Of a stretch of 64,000 nucleotides of DNA, positions 32,261 to 42,009 are shown piece by piece (positions within the stretch are counted from its first letter, which is position 1; each line of letters opens with the position of its first letter). Source of the DNA: Escherichia phage Ecwhy_1; sequence record MH791411.1. The stretch is one strand, 5' to 3'. The notes beneath the pieces are model-generated. The model had not been told where the DNA came from and ran no database searches. It saw only the letters and a program-made list of their open reading frames with translations. The position numbers and the translations under genes were made by a program.

Positions 32261-32372
32261 AGTACGAAAAAGATTTTGTACAAAAAAGGGGAATAATACA
32301 ATAAAATAATAACGCATCATTATTATGTAAGGGAGGAAAGTAACATGATAATGTTAACCATTACTGGTATAA

Positions 32373-32924
32373 TTATTTATCATTTAATTCTTTTAATTGA
32401 GCTTGTATATCACCAGAAAGTTTACGGATTTTCTTGAAACAGTACACGCTATCATCAAGTTCAAGTTCTAGGCCGTGTGTGATTGCATAAAGCATTTCAG
32501 CAAGTACTAGATCCTGACGCATCCAGTTACCATTCTTATAGGTTGTCATTACACAATAAGGACAGTGGCTGTTTCCGGTTTGTTTACCCAGGAACACAGA
32601 TTGGATTGTATCATGCTTGAAACCCACAAAAGATTGGTTGATCTTGTTGATTTCAGCTACTACGTCCATTTGTGCACCAGTGTTGATTGCAAACACTTGG
32701 TCACCGTTCTCGGTTTTGTTAATGTTTAGTTCAATATCACTACCAAGTTTACGAACAGCCAATGTATAAAGTAGGATTTCATACATATCATAATTGGTTG
32801 TTTCGCCATTTGGTGCAGTTACATCGAGACTAACACCATGCATTTTAACTTCAGTACTGAATCCATCTTTATCTGCTAGAAAATCAGTGATTTGTTCAGT
32901 TAGGATTTTAATTTGGTCAATCAT
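32373..32924 (-). CDS. hypothetical protein
   Basis: Six-frame ORF, 183 aa. Confidence 0.5.
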   Translation of the reverse strand: MIDQIKILTEQITDFLADKDGFSTEVKMHGVSLDVTAPNGETTNYDMYEILLYTLAVRKLGSDIELNINKTENGDQVFAINTGAQMDVVAEINKINQSFVGFKHDTIQSVFLGKQTGNSHCPYCVMTTYKNGNWMRQDLVLAEMLYAITHGLELELDDSVYCFKKIRKLSGDIQAQLKELNDK

Positions 32925-32945
32925 TATTCATATCCTTATGTTGGA

Positions 32946-32968
32946 AAAGCCCCCATTACGGAGGCTTT
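32946..32968 (-). terminator. intrinsic terminator (imperfect stem)
   Basis: Hairpin AAAGCCUCC...GGGGGCUUU with flanking U-run, after the gene ending at 32980. Confidence 0.4.
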
Positions 32969-32979
32969 TGTTAATCTAA

Positions 32980-33408
32980 TTATAGGGAAGCTTCGTATTC
33001 AGCTACAATGTCAACCATCTCATTGACAAAGTTGATGTGGTCATGAGTTACAGTACGGAAATCATAAACCAGTGATTGTTGGAAGAATACGTCTTCAGCC
33101 AGATTACCTTCAAAGTTCAGGTCGATGTTTTCTTCATCGTTGGTTGGAGCAACTTTGATATTTAGTTGATTTTCATCAACGACCAATTTCACTACACAAC
33201 CCAATGCAATCGCCAGTACATAGGCAGGTTTCTTAGCTGCTTCAGAACGGAATGGAGCACGTAGTGCACAAATGGTGCTGCTAATCTCATCATTCAGTTC
33301 TTTATATTTAACGTTAATCATCAGTTCTTCAATTTTGACGCTCTCGATTACACGACCAGTTTCAGCAGCGAAGAAAGAGTGGTTACGGATAGTTTGTTCG
33401 ATATTCAT
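32980..33408 (-). CDS. F-Q-x-S motif family protein (EDVFFQQSLV)
   Basis: Six-frame ORF, 142 aa. Confidence 0.5.
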   Translation of the reverse strand: MNIEQTIRNHSFFAAETGRVIESVKIEELMINVKYKELNDEISSTICALRAPFRSEAAKKPAYVLAIALGCVVKLVVDENQLNIKVAPTNDEENIDLNFEGNLAEDVFFQQSLVYDFRTVTHDHINFVNEMVDIVAEYEASL

Positions 33409-33411
33409 GTG

Positions 33412-33606
33412 TTATTCCTTATATAGATTGCTAAAGTTACGAAGATTACGGTTTGCTTTAAACTGTTTTAAATCACCAAATCTATCATCAACGATAAAAG
33501 TGGCAGCCTGTTTTGATTGGCATATTGTACAAATCAACATACCCTGTATTGTATACTCGGTTGAACAATTTGTACAGTACTTTTTTTCATAAAGTTCAGT
33601 ACTCAT
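33412..33606 (-). CDS. hypothetical zinc-ribbon protein
   Basis: Six-frame ORF, 64 aa; CTNC ... CTIC cysteine pairs. Confidence 0.45.
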   Translation of the reverse strand: MSTELYEKKYCTNCSTEYTIQGMLICTICQSKQAATFIVDDRFGDLKQFKANRNLRNFSNLYKE

Positions 33607-33938
33607 AAAACCTTCACATCAGTACGTTTATCTCTTTCTTCTTTCTTTACCTCATCGGAGCGGGTATCTTCTAATTGTAACACAACTTCTTTCAGAATGT
33701 CAACATCAATCATTGCTTCTTTGTATTGAAAGTCGTTTACGCCGAAAATATACTTCAATGCAACCCATACACGTTTGTACCATTTTAAGAAAGGATTCAA
33801 ACGCATACTCACCAGACATTGACCAAGTTTATCATCTCCATGTTCTTGTGTCAAGTCAAATTGTGAAATGTGAACACAATGTTCCGTATTATCGCCACAA
33901 CTACAACGCACTATAAATTCTTTGCTGTCTTTGCTCAT
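33603..33938 (-). CDS. hypothetical Cys/His-rich protein
   Basis: Six-frame ORF, 111 aa; CSCG...HC motif. Confidence 0.45.
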   Translation of the reverse strand: MSKDSKEFIVRCSCGDNTEHCVHISQFDLTQEHGDDKLGQCLVSMRLNPFLKWYKRVWVALKYIFGVNDFQYKEAMIDVDILKEVVLQLEDTRSDEVKKEERDKRTDVKVL

Positions 33939-34357
33939 ACTGGATAAGCCTTCATAAATTGTTTTAGAACTCCAAACTTAGAAGCACTGTAATCATACTG
34001 ATAACTTAGCTCACGTTTATCATTCATTCGATAAACCATATGATTGTTTGGATAACCTATTCTAACAGGTTTGTTAGGATTTGCAAGCAAAATTGCCCAT
34101 TCTTTTACAGGAAAAACGTTTTCAGATAACATCTTCACATCTTTACTGTAATACTTCATTGCTTGGGTACAGTGCTTGTAATCTTCAGCACTCAGTTCTT
34201 CACACACAACACTGTGTGTTTCAGTACTGGATACCCATGACTCTTCTTCATAATATAAGTCAATTACATCTTCTACGGTATAGCTATCAGGTAAATCATA
34301 ATATACCCAATTACTAAAACCAGAGCTTACACCAACTCGAATTCGATAGTACTTCAT
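33935..34357 (-). CDS. hypothetical protein
   Basis: Six-frame ORF, 140 aa. Confidence 0.5.
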   Translation of the reverse strand: MKYYRIRVGVSSGFSNWVYYDLPDSYTVEDVIDLYYEEESWVSSTETHSVVCEELSAEDYKHCTQAMKYYSKDVKMLSENVFPVKEWAILLANPNKPVRIGYPNNHMVYRMNDKRELSYQYDYSASKFGVLKQFMKAYPV

Positions 34358-34599
34358 ATTTTTTTATCATCCGATTTTACATAATAGTAACATACAATGC
34401 AGTGAATTACAAGAAGAATAATTTCTACTACATTCAGTGCCACAACATGCCCTTGCGGGACCGTAAGTGACAATAACAACATTATAGTAGGTATTACGAA
34501 TATTGTCAATGTTTTTTTCATTTTATTTCCTTGTGGGACCATAAGTGACAATAACAACATTATAGTAGGTATTACGAATAATGTCCATGTTTTTTTCAT
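34354..34599 (-). CDS. small membrane / signal-peptide protein with duplicated N-terminus
   Basis: Six-frame ORF, 81 aa; residues 1-26 and 27-52 are near-identical because of a 78-bp tandem DNA duplication; true start may be the second Met (34521). Confidence 0.45.
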   Translation of the reverse strand: MKKTWTLFVIPTIMLLLSLMVPQGNKMKKTLTIFVIPTIMLLLSLTVPQGHVVALNVVEIILLVIHCIVCYYYVKSDDKKI

Positions 34600-34606
34600 T
34601 TTATTT
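34451..34606. repeat. 2 x 78-bp near-identical tandem direct repeat
   Basis: Copies at 34451..34528 and 34529..34606 differ at a few positions; each carries an RBS-like stretch, an ATG and a hydrophobic N-terminal coding segment. Confidence 0.8.
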
Positions 34607-34832
34607 CCTTAATGTAGGCAAATGGTAAAAATACAACCTCTACCCCAGGAAATGCAGTTGCGAGTGCATCAACTATAGATTTGTTTTTATTACATTGCCA
34701 TACTTTTGTAACTTTGTGCTGGAATACCTTGCCATCTTTTACTAACCAATACATTTGCATTTTAACAGTACTGTTATCAGATGGTATTAGTAAATCTTCC
34801 ATATCATATGAATTAAAGATTCTCTCGTTCAT
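34596..34832 (-). CDS. hypothetical protein
   Basis: Six-frame ORF, 78 aa. Confidence 0.45.
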   Translation of the reverse strand: MNERIFNSYDMEDLLIPSDNSTVKMQMYWLVKDGKVFQHKVTKVWQCNKNKSIVDALATAFPGVEVVFLPFAYIKEIK

Positions 34833-35091
34833 ATAATCTCCTAGTGAAAAAAGCCAGATTCTTTCTTATATATTCGGCGACACAATCAGTAGTTTGTGTA
34901 TTTGTGAATGCAACAACTTCATTCGATACACCATTCCCATTACACAATGGACAAATCCCCATATACTTAGGTGTTGGAACTGTATCTAGTTTATATTTCC
35001 CTGAAGATATCATGTATTGTTGTGGTAATACATCCAAAGAAATAATATAATCTTCATCGAATTGCTTACAACATACCCAACATTTACTCAT
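34813..35091 (-). CDS. hypothetical zinc-finger-like protein
   Basis: Six-frame ORF, 92 aa; CWVCC ... CPLCNG cysteine clusters. Confidence 0.45.
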   Translation of the reverse strand: MSKCWVCCKQFDEDYIISLDVLPQQYMISSGKYKLDTVPTPKYMGICPLCNGNGVSNEVVAFTNTQTTDCVAEYIRKNLAFFTRRLYERENL

Positions 35092-35575
35092 TGTGGTTCT
35101 CCTTCAAAACAATTCTTATATCTTCGAATGTTTTAACAAACCAGTCATGTTCATCAGATACATCAACCACCTTCCCACCATAAACATAGTAATGATAGAA
35201 GGGTAACTTACTTTTCCTCAATCGTTCAGCAAGTTCTGGGTTTTGAAATATCTTAGCACATATTGCATCCTGGATACAAGAAATGCATTCGGGTGTCATT
35301 TCAATACGGTCGTGCATATACTTGTTCGCCGCTGCTTTTGCAGCAGCACCCGACACTTTTCTAAGATCATCATGTTTCTGGCCTGTTAAAAACCAAAAAT
35401 AAAAAGTTTCTACCGATGGGAACCAACCGTATGGTTCTAAGGTAAAACTATGTGACGAAAAGTTAGATAGATCCCTACCTAACTTAGTTTTAGCTTTACT
35501 ATAGATATTAATGTGTCTGTATCCGTCATCAGTAGGGTCAATATAGTTAAATGACTCTTCAGGAAATTCAAACAT
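35084..35575 (-). CDS. NADAR (YbiA/DUF1768)-like protein
   Basis: INIYSKAKTKLGRDLSNFSSHSF ... GWFPSVETFYFWFL resembles the NADAR core pattern (..YS...LSNF...F..G..F.S.E..Y) as recalled. Confidence 0.4.
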   Translation of the reverse strand: MFEFPEESFNYIDPTDDGYRHINIYSKAKTKLGRDLSNFSSHSFTLEPYGWFPSVETFYFWFLTGQKHDDLRKVSGAAAKAAANKYMHDRIEMTPECISCIQDAICAKIFQNPELAERLRKSKLPFYHYYVYGGKVVDVSDEHDWFVKTFEDIRIVLKENHNE

Positions 35576-35577
35576 AA

Positions 35578-35931
35578 TTACTCTTCTTCACCAGATGGTG
35601 TACCACGCAGTTTATCAAAATCAACCCAAATACCATGCTGGTTTTTGAAGCGACATTTCTCATAGTACCAGCTATAGTCGGTTTCAACACCCTGAGAAAT
35701 TGAACGAACACTACAGTCATACATATTGTATAAATGTGTACGTACAATGAATGTTCCTATAAGAAGAACAAACACAACAATCCCAGTACAGATCTTTGGA
35801 TGATCCATAATTAGGTCCAACACAGAACTGGTTTCAGTACTATCAATTTTACTACGACCGATAGCAACAACTTTCAGTACTACTAATGATACCAGTAATG
35901 AAATAACAAGAACACTCAAATAAATTAGCAT
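35578..35931 (-). CDS. hypothetical membrane protein
   Basis: Six-frame ORF, 117 aa, two hydrophobic segments. Confidence 0.5.
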   Translation of the reverse strand: MLIYLSVLVISLLVSLVVLKVVAIGRSKIDSTETSSVLDLIMDHPKICTGIVVFVLLIGTFIVRTHLYNMYDCSVRSISQGVETDYSWYYEKCRFKNQHGIWVDFDKLRGTPSGEEE

Positions 35932-35933
35932 AT

Positions 35934-36518
35934 TTAGACTCCTACCCCAAAACGTAAAAGGATGTTATTAACAAACACAAAATCAAATGGAGACTTTGGT
36001 TCAGATACCGAGTACTGAAAAGTTTCAGTGGCAAAATTTTCCCTATTATGCCATGTTGATGAATCGATTAGTAATTGTTTATCACCAATTGACGTTGAAT
36101 GTAATGGGACGTGTGCTGATGAATTTATAGAATACGCATTTAGTTTTCCTTGTTCATCAAATGTAACACAAAGGTAATATCTCTTCTTAACATCAGGAGA
36201 ACGCTCTTTAATATACGAATATATTGATTCATTCAAATCATCATCATTCCTTGTCTTAGCACCGAGAACTTGAGCAAAAGACAAATTACGTTTCGGTTGG
36301 ATCGTTCCTGGTCTTTTTAGAATGAATTCTTTTGTTAAGTAAAAGTTATTGTGTTTTACCTCAATATTAACAGTTTTAAAGTTTGTGATTTTATCATATA
36401 CGTTCCTAAAAACTGTTATATCCCATGAACTAATTTCTTGCATCGTTACCGTAACTAGTTCTTCTAGTTCTTGGATAAATGGCAAATCGTCTTGATCAAA
36501 TCTAATCACAGTTTTCAT
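35934..36518 (-). CDS. hypothetical protein (possible distant F-Q-x-S member, ETFQYSVSE)
   Basis: Six-frame ORF, 194 aa. Confidence 0.45.
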   Translation of the reverse strand: MKTVIRFDQDDLPFIQELEELVTVTMQEISSWDITVFRNVYDKITNFKTVNIEVKHNNFYLTKEFILKRPGTIQPKRNLSFAQVLGAKTRNDDDLNESIYSYIKERSPDVKKRYYLCVTFDEQGKLNAYSINSSAHVPLHSTSIGDKQLLIDSSTWHNRENFATETFQYSVSEPKSPFDFVFVNNILLRFGVGV

Positions 36519-37089
36519 ATACCTTTTTTAAATTCATAATTTCAAGAAGACTATATTCTTTTTCACTAATCAAATCTTCAGTGAGTGCTTCTGGTTCGGT
36601 GTTACAATACAACTTCCCATTAATGATAACATAACCATTGCTAAGATACAACGCACTCATTATCTGTTGTCCTTCTTTTGCATTGACTGCTATACCAGAA
36701 TTTGTTACAACAAGCCCATTGTTTGCAAATGCTGATGTTAGTTCCGACCATTCAACTGATATTAAATCACGATAGTCTTTTGATACTTTTATAGTAACAA
36801 TACAAGCAACTCGTGTAATAGATGGAGTACTAATCGTATACATCTGTGGGTGTTGGTAGTTTGAGTTATATGTTTGTGGTGTATTAACAGCAGTTCCTGA
36901 ATTCGGAGTTGTTGGCATAATTACTTGATCCATATTTGGAACAGCCGTTCTTAGTGATGCAATACGTCCAGTTTCATCCAATTTCAAAACTAAACGATGA
37001 GTTTTATCCTCAGAGTGATACGGGAATAGACCACCGGAATTCATATTTTGAAGCATTTTAATTAATTCATAAGTATTTTTTAAAAACAT
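36502..37089 (-). CDS. hypothetical protein
   Basis: Six-frame ORF, 195 aa. Confidence 0.5.
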   Translation of the reverse strand: MFLKNTYELIKMLQNMNSGGLFPYHSEDKTHRLVLKLDETGRIASLRTAVPNMDQVIMPTTPNSGTAVNTPQTYNSNYQHPQMYTISTPSITRVACIVTIKVSKDYRDLISVEWSELTSAFANNGLVVTNSGIAVNAKEGQQIMSALYLSNGYVIINGKLYCNTEPEALTEDLISEKEYSLLEIMNLKKVYENCD

Positions 37090-37136
37090 AATAAATCCTA
37101 TAGAAAATGGGAGTACAATGTACTCCCAGATTTAGA

Positions 37137-37691
37137 TTATAGTTTAATTACTTCTTGGATACCAGTATCCATTGCTTTCTTAGTGCGTGTATCAGAAACT
37201 ACTGTACATAAATGTTCAATATTTTCACTTGGGAATGTGTTAGTATCAAGAATTTTGGAGTTCCAGAAACCTTTACGGAACTTAGCATAATCAGTACACT
37301 GGTCAATTTTCATTTTCTGAAGATTGTTGAACTGTGTACGTCCTGACTCGATAGTTACCATAAGTTCTTGATAAATCTTAGGATCGAGATTAGGAACCTG
37401 TTGTTGAATCTGTGACATCACAAACTTCTGGTCAACACCTTCACGACCTTTAAAGTATGTTTCGATGGTTTCTTTCAATGCATCCTTATACTTATCAGAA
37501 ACTTGTACTTTTTCTTGAATGACAAGAGTGTATTTACTTAGTTGACTTTCTGATGCATCATAGTACTTTTTAATATTACCTTCAAATTCAACAGCACGGT
37601 CATGTGCATCTACATACATACTAACTGAACCAATTGCCATAAGACCGAATACAACAACAACACCAATCAATGCAATAATTTTACCATTCAT
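37137..37691 (-). CDS. membrane-anchored protein, possibly LemA-like
   Basis: Six-frame ORF, 184 aa; single N-terminal transmembrane helix then a helical domain; LemA assignment is a weak pattern match. Confidence 0.3.
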   Translation of the reverse strand: MNGKIIALIGVVVVFGLMAIGSVSMYVDAHDRAVEFEGNIKKYYDASESQLSKYTLVIQEKVQVSDKYKDALKETIETYFKGREGVDQKFVMSQIQQQVPNLDPKIYQELMVTIESGRTQFNNLQKMKIDQCTDYAKFRKGFWNSKILDTNTFPSENIEHLCTVVSDTRTKKAMDTGIQEVIKL

Positions 37692-38782
37692 AACTTGTTA
37701 TCCCTCATATAAAGGCCAATGAAAATAGATACAATCAGTAACAAAATAGAAGCACCGATGAGAACATCTTTACGTGGTTCCATTTTTACAGACAAGTACT
37801 CGAACTCTTTATTAGAGAGTCTTTCAAACTTTGTGTCAATATTATGCACTTCTTTGCTCAACAAGTCAAGAGTTAATTTTTCATTTAATGCATCCATTCG
37901 CATCTTAGCATGTAGTTCTTCGTTCTTCATGCCTTGTGCAAAGGAAGTGCTATCAAATTTAACAATCTTCCCATCATTATCAATTCCAAAGAACATAATA
38001 ACATCATTCTTCTTACCACCACGCCACGAAGCGAGTGTTGCCTCAACAAAATCTACGTTTTTATAATCATAAACCAAAACTTGGATGTTGACTTGTTTAC
38101 GTGCACCCATAGTTTTTAGTTCTTCACGCAGATACTCATCATAACCATCTACATTATAATTAGTAGTGTTGATTACATGGTGTGTTTTATAATAGTCTAC
38201 CACACTTGGGTATTCTGGTAATGTACTAAGATATTTCTCATCATACATTTCATGTAATTCACCAGGACTAAACAATGAGTTTTTATCAGCGAACAGATAG
38301 TTAATATAAGAACTTTCTGCGGCGGCATAATCCCCAATGTTAACCTGTTGCCAGCGGGGAGGGGTCATTGTACCCTGGCGGTTTACTCGCTCAATCTCAA
38401 ACTTCCCTACAGTACTTTTTACATACCAGTCAACTTCGTATGAATAATCAAATACCTTATAGGACTCACATTCACGATGGGATTTCCCCTTACTATCATA
38501 ACGAGTTCTGCATTTCTCGTGCCACGTGTAATGCTTACATGAGCTTGATTGTGTACAAAACTCCTTGTGATTATATTTGGATGTTACCTGCCCATTTAGA
38601 ATCTCTACATCGTACAATTGGCTGTAGTTGATTGCATATGAGATACCAAGCACAAGAGCAGCACCAACTATACAACAACCAATATGAATCAACAGTTCTT
38701 TAGTACTGATATGCTTATCATACATGTATTTCATAACAAATACAACGATAAGTGAAGGAATCAACAGAATAATAAAATTCAT
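37688..38782 (-). CDS. hypothetical membrane protein (N- and C-terminal transmembrane segments, Cys-rich)
   Basis: Six-frame ORF, 364 aa. Confidence 0.55.
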   Translation of the reverse strand: MNFIILLIPSLIVVFVMKYMYDKHISTKELLIHIGCCIVGAALVLGISYAINYSQLYDVEILNGQVTSKYNHKEFCTQSSSCKHYTWHEKCRTRYDSKGKSHRECESYKVFDYSYEVDWYVKSTVGKFEIERVNRQGTMTPPRWQQVNIGDYAAAESSYINYLFADKNSLFSPGELHEMYDEKYLSTLPEYPSVVDYYKTHHVINTTNYNVDGYDEYLREELKTMGARKQVNIQVLVYDYKNVDFVEATLASWRGGKKNDVIMFFGIDNDGKIVKFDSTSFAQGMKNEELHAKMRMDALNEKLTLDLLSKEVHNIDTKFERLSNKEFEYLSVKMEPRKDVLIGASILLLIVSIFIGLYMRDNKL

Positions 38783-38785
38783 GTA

Positions 38786-39475
38786 TTAGTCCAGTTTAAG
38801 TTTATTGAGACAATAGGAGATTTGGATAGCTTCACGTGCTGCATCATACAGAGGGTGATGTAATTCCAAACCATTAATACCACATTTTTCTGCATACTTC
38901 ACGAATTTAGCTAACTGCACTGACACAATCTCATCCATTTCGGTGCGAGCTTCTTCATTCAATAAACGCTTCAGGGTTCGTGCGTTTTCAGGAGCATCAT
39001 ATTTCCACAAATCACCAACATTCAATAGTTTTAAGTGATTAGCTTGTAAAATACTACAGTCGAAGTTGCAGCCATTTCCCCAAATTGAATGTTCAACCTC
39101 TTTACCATAACAATCAAAACGGATATCTTTCCAGAAATCGACAATACCATTAGAAGTAAAGATTTGTTTGGATTTACCATTAGGACCGTACAATTCTGGT
39201 GCAACAAGTGCCATAGTACTGGCAACTTCAGCATATGCATTAGGATATTCCTTCTGACATGTATTCATCCAGAAATCCATTGCACCTGCATCTGATTTCA
39301 GCCCAGCGTTGACTTGTGCTTGGTATGGTAACTTAACATATACAAATTGTCTGATATCATGTTCAGGTTTACTTGGAACAACTACTGCTGCATAATTTGG
39401 AATAATAATATCATAACCAGAGTTTTCAGGAGTACCGAGAGCTTCGATATCAACACTAACATGACGGCGTTTCAT
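38786..39475 (-). CDS. DEDDh-type 3'-5' exonuclease (DexA-like)
   Basis: Exo I-like VSVDIEALGT and Exo III-like HHPLYDAAREA; size (229 aa) close to T4 exonuclease A. Confidence 0.55.
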   Translation of the reverse strand: MKRRHVSVDIEALGTPENSGYDIIIPNYAAVVVPSKPEHDIRQFVYVKLPYQAQVNAGLKSDAGAMDFWMNTCQKEYPNAYAEVASTMALVAPELYGPNGKSKQIFTSNGIVDFWKDIRFDCYGKEVEHSIWGNGCNFDCSILQANHLKLLNVGDLWKYDAPENARTLKRLLNEEARTEMDEIVSVQLAKFVKYAEKCGINGLELHHPLYDAAREAIQISYCLNKLKLD

Positions 39476-39556
39476 ATTTCGTTCCTTATCTGTATATTAA
39501 AAAAGAGTGCGTTTCAATAAGAACATTATATTGAAAACGCCCTCTTGTGTCAACTA

Positions 39557-40699
39557 TTACTTGTTAGCTTTTTCAGCAATTTCACGAAGAGTATCTTCGA
39601 GTTCATGAGAGAGTTTTGCGATTTCAATCTTAGCACGCTCACGCTCTTCTTTACCTTTCTTCTCTTCAATCAGTACTGCTTCGATGCTATCGATCATTGT
39701 TTTGTGTACATTACGCAATGTTTTAATATCCACGATACCACGATTATTTGCTTTAGCAGCATCCAACATGTTAGTTGCTACCATTTTAGAGTTTACTTCG
39801 AGTAAACGGTTAGTTTCATTGTCAATCAGATTACCCAACTCATTGTCTTTACGTTGACGTTCGGAAATCAACTGTTCAGCCAATTGTGATTTCCATGCTG
39901 GAATAACAACTGATTTCAAATCCTCAAACTTAGAAACAGTGTTGAGGTTTACTTTCTTCATACTCATCAGGCGAGGACCGCTCAGTTCACACATCATGAT
40001 AAGACGACGAATCTTATCTTCCTGTTTAGAAAGAGCTTCACAAATCATCTTTTGCTCCTGGATTGCAAAAGAATCAACGTCAGGGTTCGCTTGCATTGCT
40101 ACCAATTCAGCATCTTGTGCTTTGGTAACTTCTTCCAACTCAACTAACGTATCACGCAGTTCAAAGAGATAGTTTTTGTTTTCGTTGTAAGCAGTGTCTA
40201 GCCATGCACATTCCCCATGCTGGCGGTTAATACCAACCTGAAGAGTGTTCATGATTTCATCAATTTGTTCTTTACTGTTTTTGTACTGATCGCCAACTTT
40301 CTGTTTAGCATTAACAAAAAGTTTTTTGACCCAGCCTACGATTGATTTATCATCCTGTAGACTATCAATATCAACTGCACGAGTCAATGTCAAGATAGTA
40401 GTAATAGACTTACCGAATTCGGTATTATCATCAGTGACGTTAACTTTTGACATGATTTCATCAGCCAAACGTCCTACACCTGCCCCAGCGGTGGTTCCGA
40501 TGGTATTAATATTCTGCACAGTTAACGCCATACTGTTGCCTTTAGTATCTTTCAGTACTGGAAGTGACTTGGACTGTTGTTCGAAGATATCAGTTGCGTC
40601 AATTGTGTGTGCTGCTGTTTTGGTAGTACGTTTGGCAGTTTTGGTTGCTTTGGCTTGTTTAACTGTTGCTTTTTTCGGATTGATTTCTTTCTCGGACAT
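39557..40699 (-). CDS. TelA / YaaN-like protein (toxic anion resistance family)
   Basis: C-terminal NRGIVDIKTLRNVHKTMIDSIEAV block resembles the conserved TelA region as recalled; long helical protein. Start moved from 40774 to the Met at 40699, which has a GAGGA RBS and lies downstream of the promoter. Confidence 0.45.
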   Translation of the reverse strand: MSEKEINPKKATVKQAKATKTAKRTTKTAAHTIDATDIFEQQSKSLPVLKDTKGNSMALTVQNINTIGTTAGAGVGRLADEIMSKVNVTDDNTEFGKSITTILTLTRAVDIDSLQDDKSIVGWVKKLFVNAKQKVGDQYKNSKEQIDEIMNTLQVGINRQHGECAWLDTAYNENKNYLFELRDTLVELEEVTKAQDAELVAMQANPDVDSFAIQEQKMICEALSKQEDKIRRLIMMCELSGPRLMSMKKVNLNTVSKFEDLKSVVIPAWKSQLAEQLISERQRKDNELGNLIDNETNRLLEVNSKMVATNMLDAAKANNRGIVDIKTLRNVHKTMIDSIEAVLIEEKKGKEERERAKIEIAKLSHELEDTLREIAEKANK

Positions 40700-40745
40700 T
40701 GTGTATTCCTCAGTTAATTTAAGATAGTGTTGCTCAGTGATAAAC

Positions 40746-40774
40746 ATTCTACAGGCAACACTCAGTACTGTCAA
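40746..40774 (-). promoter_or_regulatory. sigma-70-type promoter (TTGACA, 17-nt spacer, TAGAAT)
   Basis: Minus-strand TTGACA-N17-TAGAAT; predicted start site about 40 nt upstream of the ATG at 40699. Confidence 0.5.
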
Positions 40775-40782
40775 CTACTTTT

Positions 40783-41910
40783 TTACTCTTTATTTCCATA
40801 CGCTAGGTTGCGAATGATATTGGCAGTATCTTCATCGACTGCTTTACCAGTTTGAGCTTGTAAACGACCTATAATCAATGGGATAGTGATAGTTTGAATG
40901 TCAATCATTCGGCTCATATCAATCTGATACTGCTTACTAACACCAACAATACTAGTTTCAGTCATTGCTGTTGAAATACCCATTTTCATAATACGTTCAA
41001 GCGTTAGTTCATATTCAAATGGATCTTCCAAACGACGAATTGCATATTCACACCCAATCTTACCATACTCAAGTTCATTTTTGATTTCACGAACTTCCTC
41101 ACGAATTTCAGTGAATAAAGACGTAATACCACTAAACTTGTTAGTATCGTACTTCACGGCCTCATTCAATGCTTTCATTACTTTTGGTAAATCAGATGGT
41201 TGAACTTTGATATCTGCTTTCCCAAACAACTTCTGTGCAAAGGTAGGCTTCAACGGGAATAACTTTTCCAGTGCTGTTGTAAGGTTACCCATTAATAAAC
41301 GGATATAATCACTGTGTTGTTGTAGTGCTGCGTTCAAATCCAATTGTCGCTCAGAGATCTTCTGAATCTTCATACCAACTTCTTGTGCACATACTGGGAG
41401 GTTAACATACCAATCCAGTACTTTTACCGAATCTTTTTTAATTGTATCTGGGAATTCCATCCAACGTTCAATGTCAGCAACCATATCACATTCAGGATCG
41501 ATAGGTTTCTTCTTAAGAACAATAGGAGCCGGAACTTCTGGTGAAGTAGCTACTGCTGCCATGTTTGGACGAAGTTTGCCTTCCTTCCAGTCTCGGTACT
41601 CCTTCTCTAACGGAGGAATTGGGAGATCTGGAACGATTCTCACATTTGAGAAATGAATTTTATCTTTCATCAAATCCATTACCTTCAAACGGCGATTATC
41701 AAAATAGATCTCGTCGAGTGAAAGTGAACGGGTGTCGAAATGTGGATTTCCCAATGAATCGTATGTTCTGTCCACAACAATGGTATACATATATTTTCGA
41801 TTCGATGAACGATCATACTGTTTTAACAGTGAGTTAAGAACGTAGTTGAAGTTAAATTCTTTGATTTCAACTTCTTTGCCGTTGTCAATGAAAAAATATT
41901 TTCCTTTCAT
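40783..41910 (-). CDS. hypothetical protein
   Basis: Six-frame ORF, 375 aa. Confidence 0.55.
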   Translation of the reverse strand: MKGKYFFIDNGKEVEIKEFNFNYVLNSLLKQYDRSSNRKYMYTIVVDRTYDSLGNPHFDTRSLSLDEIYFDNRRLKVMDLMKDKIHFSNVRIVPDLPIPPLEKEYRDWKEGKLRPNMAAVATSPEVPAPIVLKKKPIDPECDMVADIERWMEFPDTIKKDSVKVLDWYVNLPVCAQEVGMKIQKISERQLDLNAALQQHSDYIRLLMGNLTTALEKLFPLKPTFAQKLFGKADIKVQPSDLPKVMKALNEAVKYDTNKFSGITSLFTEIREEVREIKNELEYGKIGCEYAIRRLEDPFEYELTLERIMKMGISTAMTETSIVGVSKQYQIDMSRMIDIQTITIPLIIGRLQAQTGKAVDEDTANIIRNLAYGNKE

Positions 41911-42009
41911 TACTAACCTCTTAATTAATTAAAATTGATACGATACGTACATTCTACATACACACGATGTATTTGTCAAACCATTTTTTAAAGAAAAAAA
42001 GGACGCACC

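Noticed and set aside
39939-40727. Plus-strand ORFs 39939..40172 and 40326..40727
   Set aside because: Antisense to the TelA-like gene; serine/valine-rich shadow frames.
40700-40774. N-terminal 25-codon extension of the TelA-like ORF
   Set aside because: The extension overlaps the promoter hexamers; the Met at 40699 has a proper RBS.
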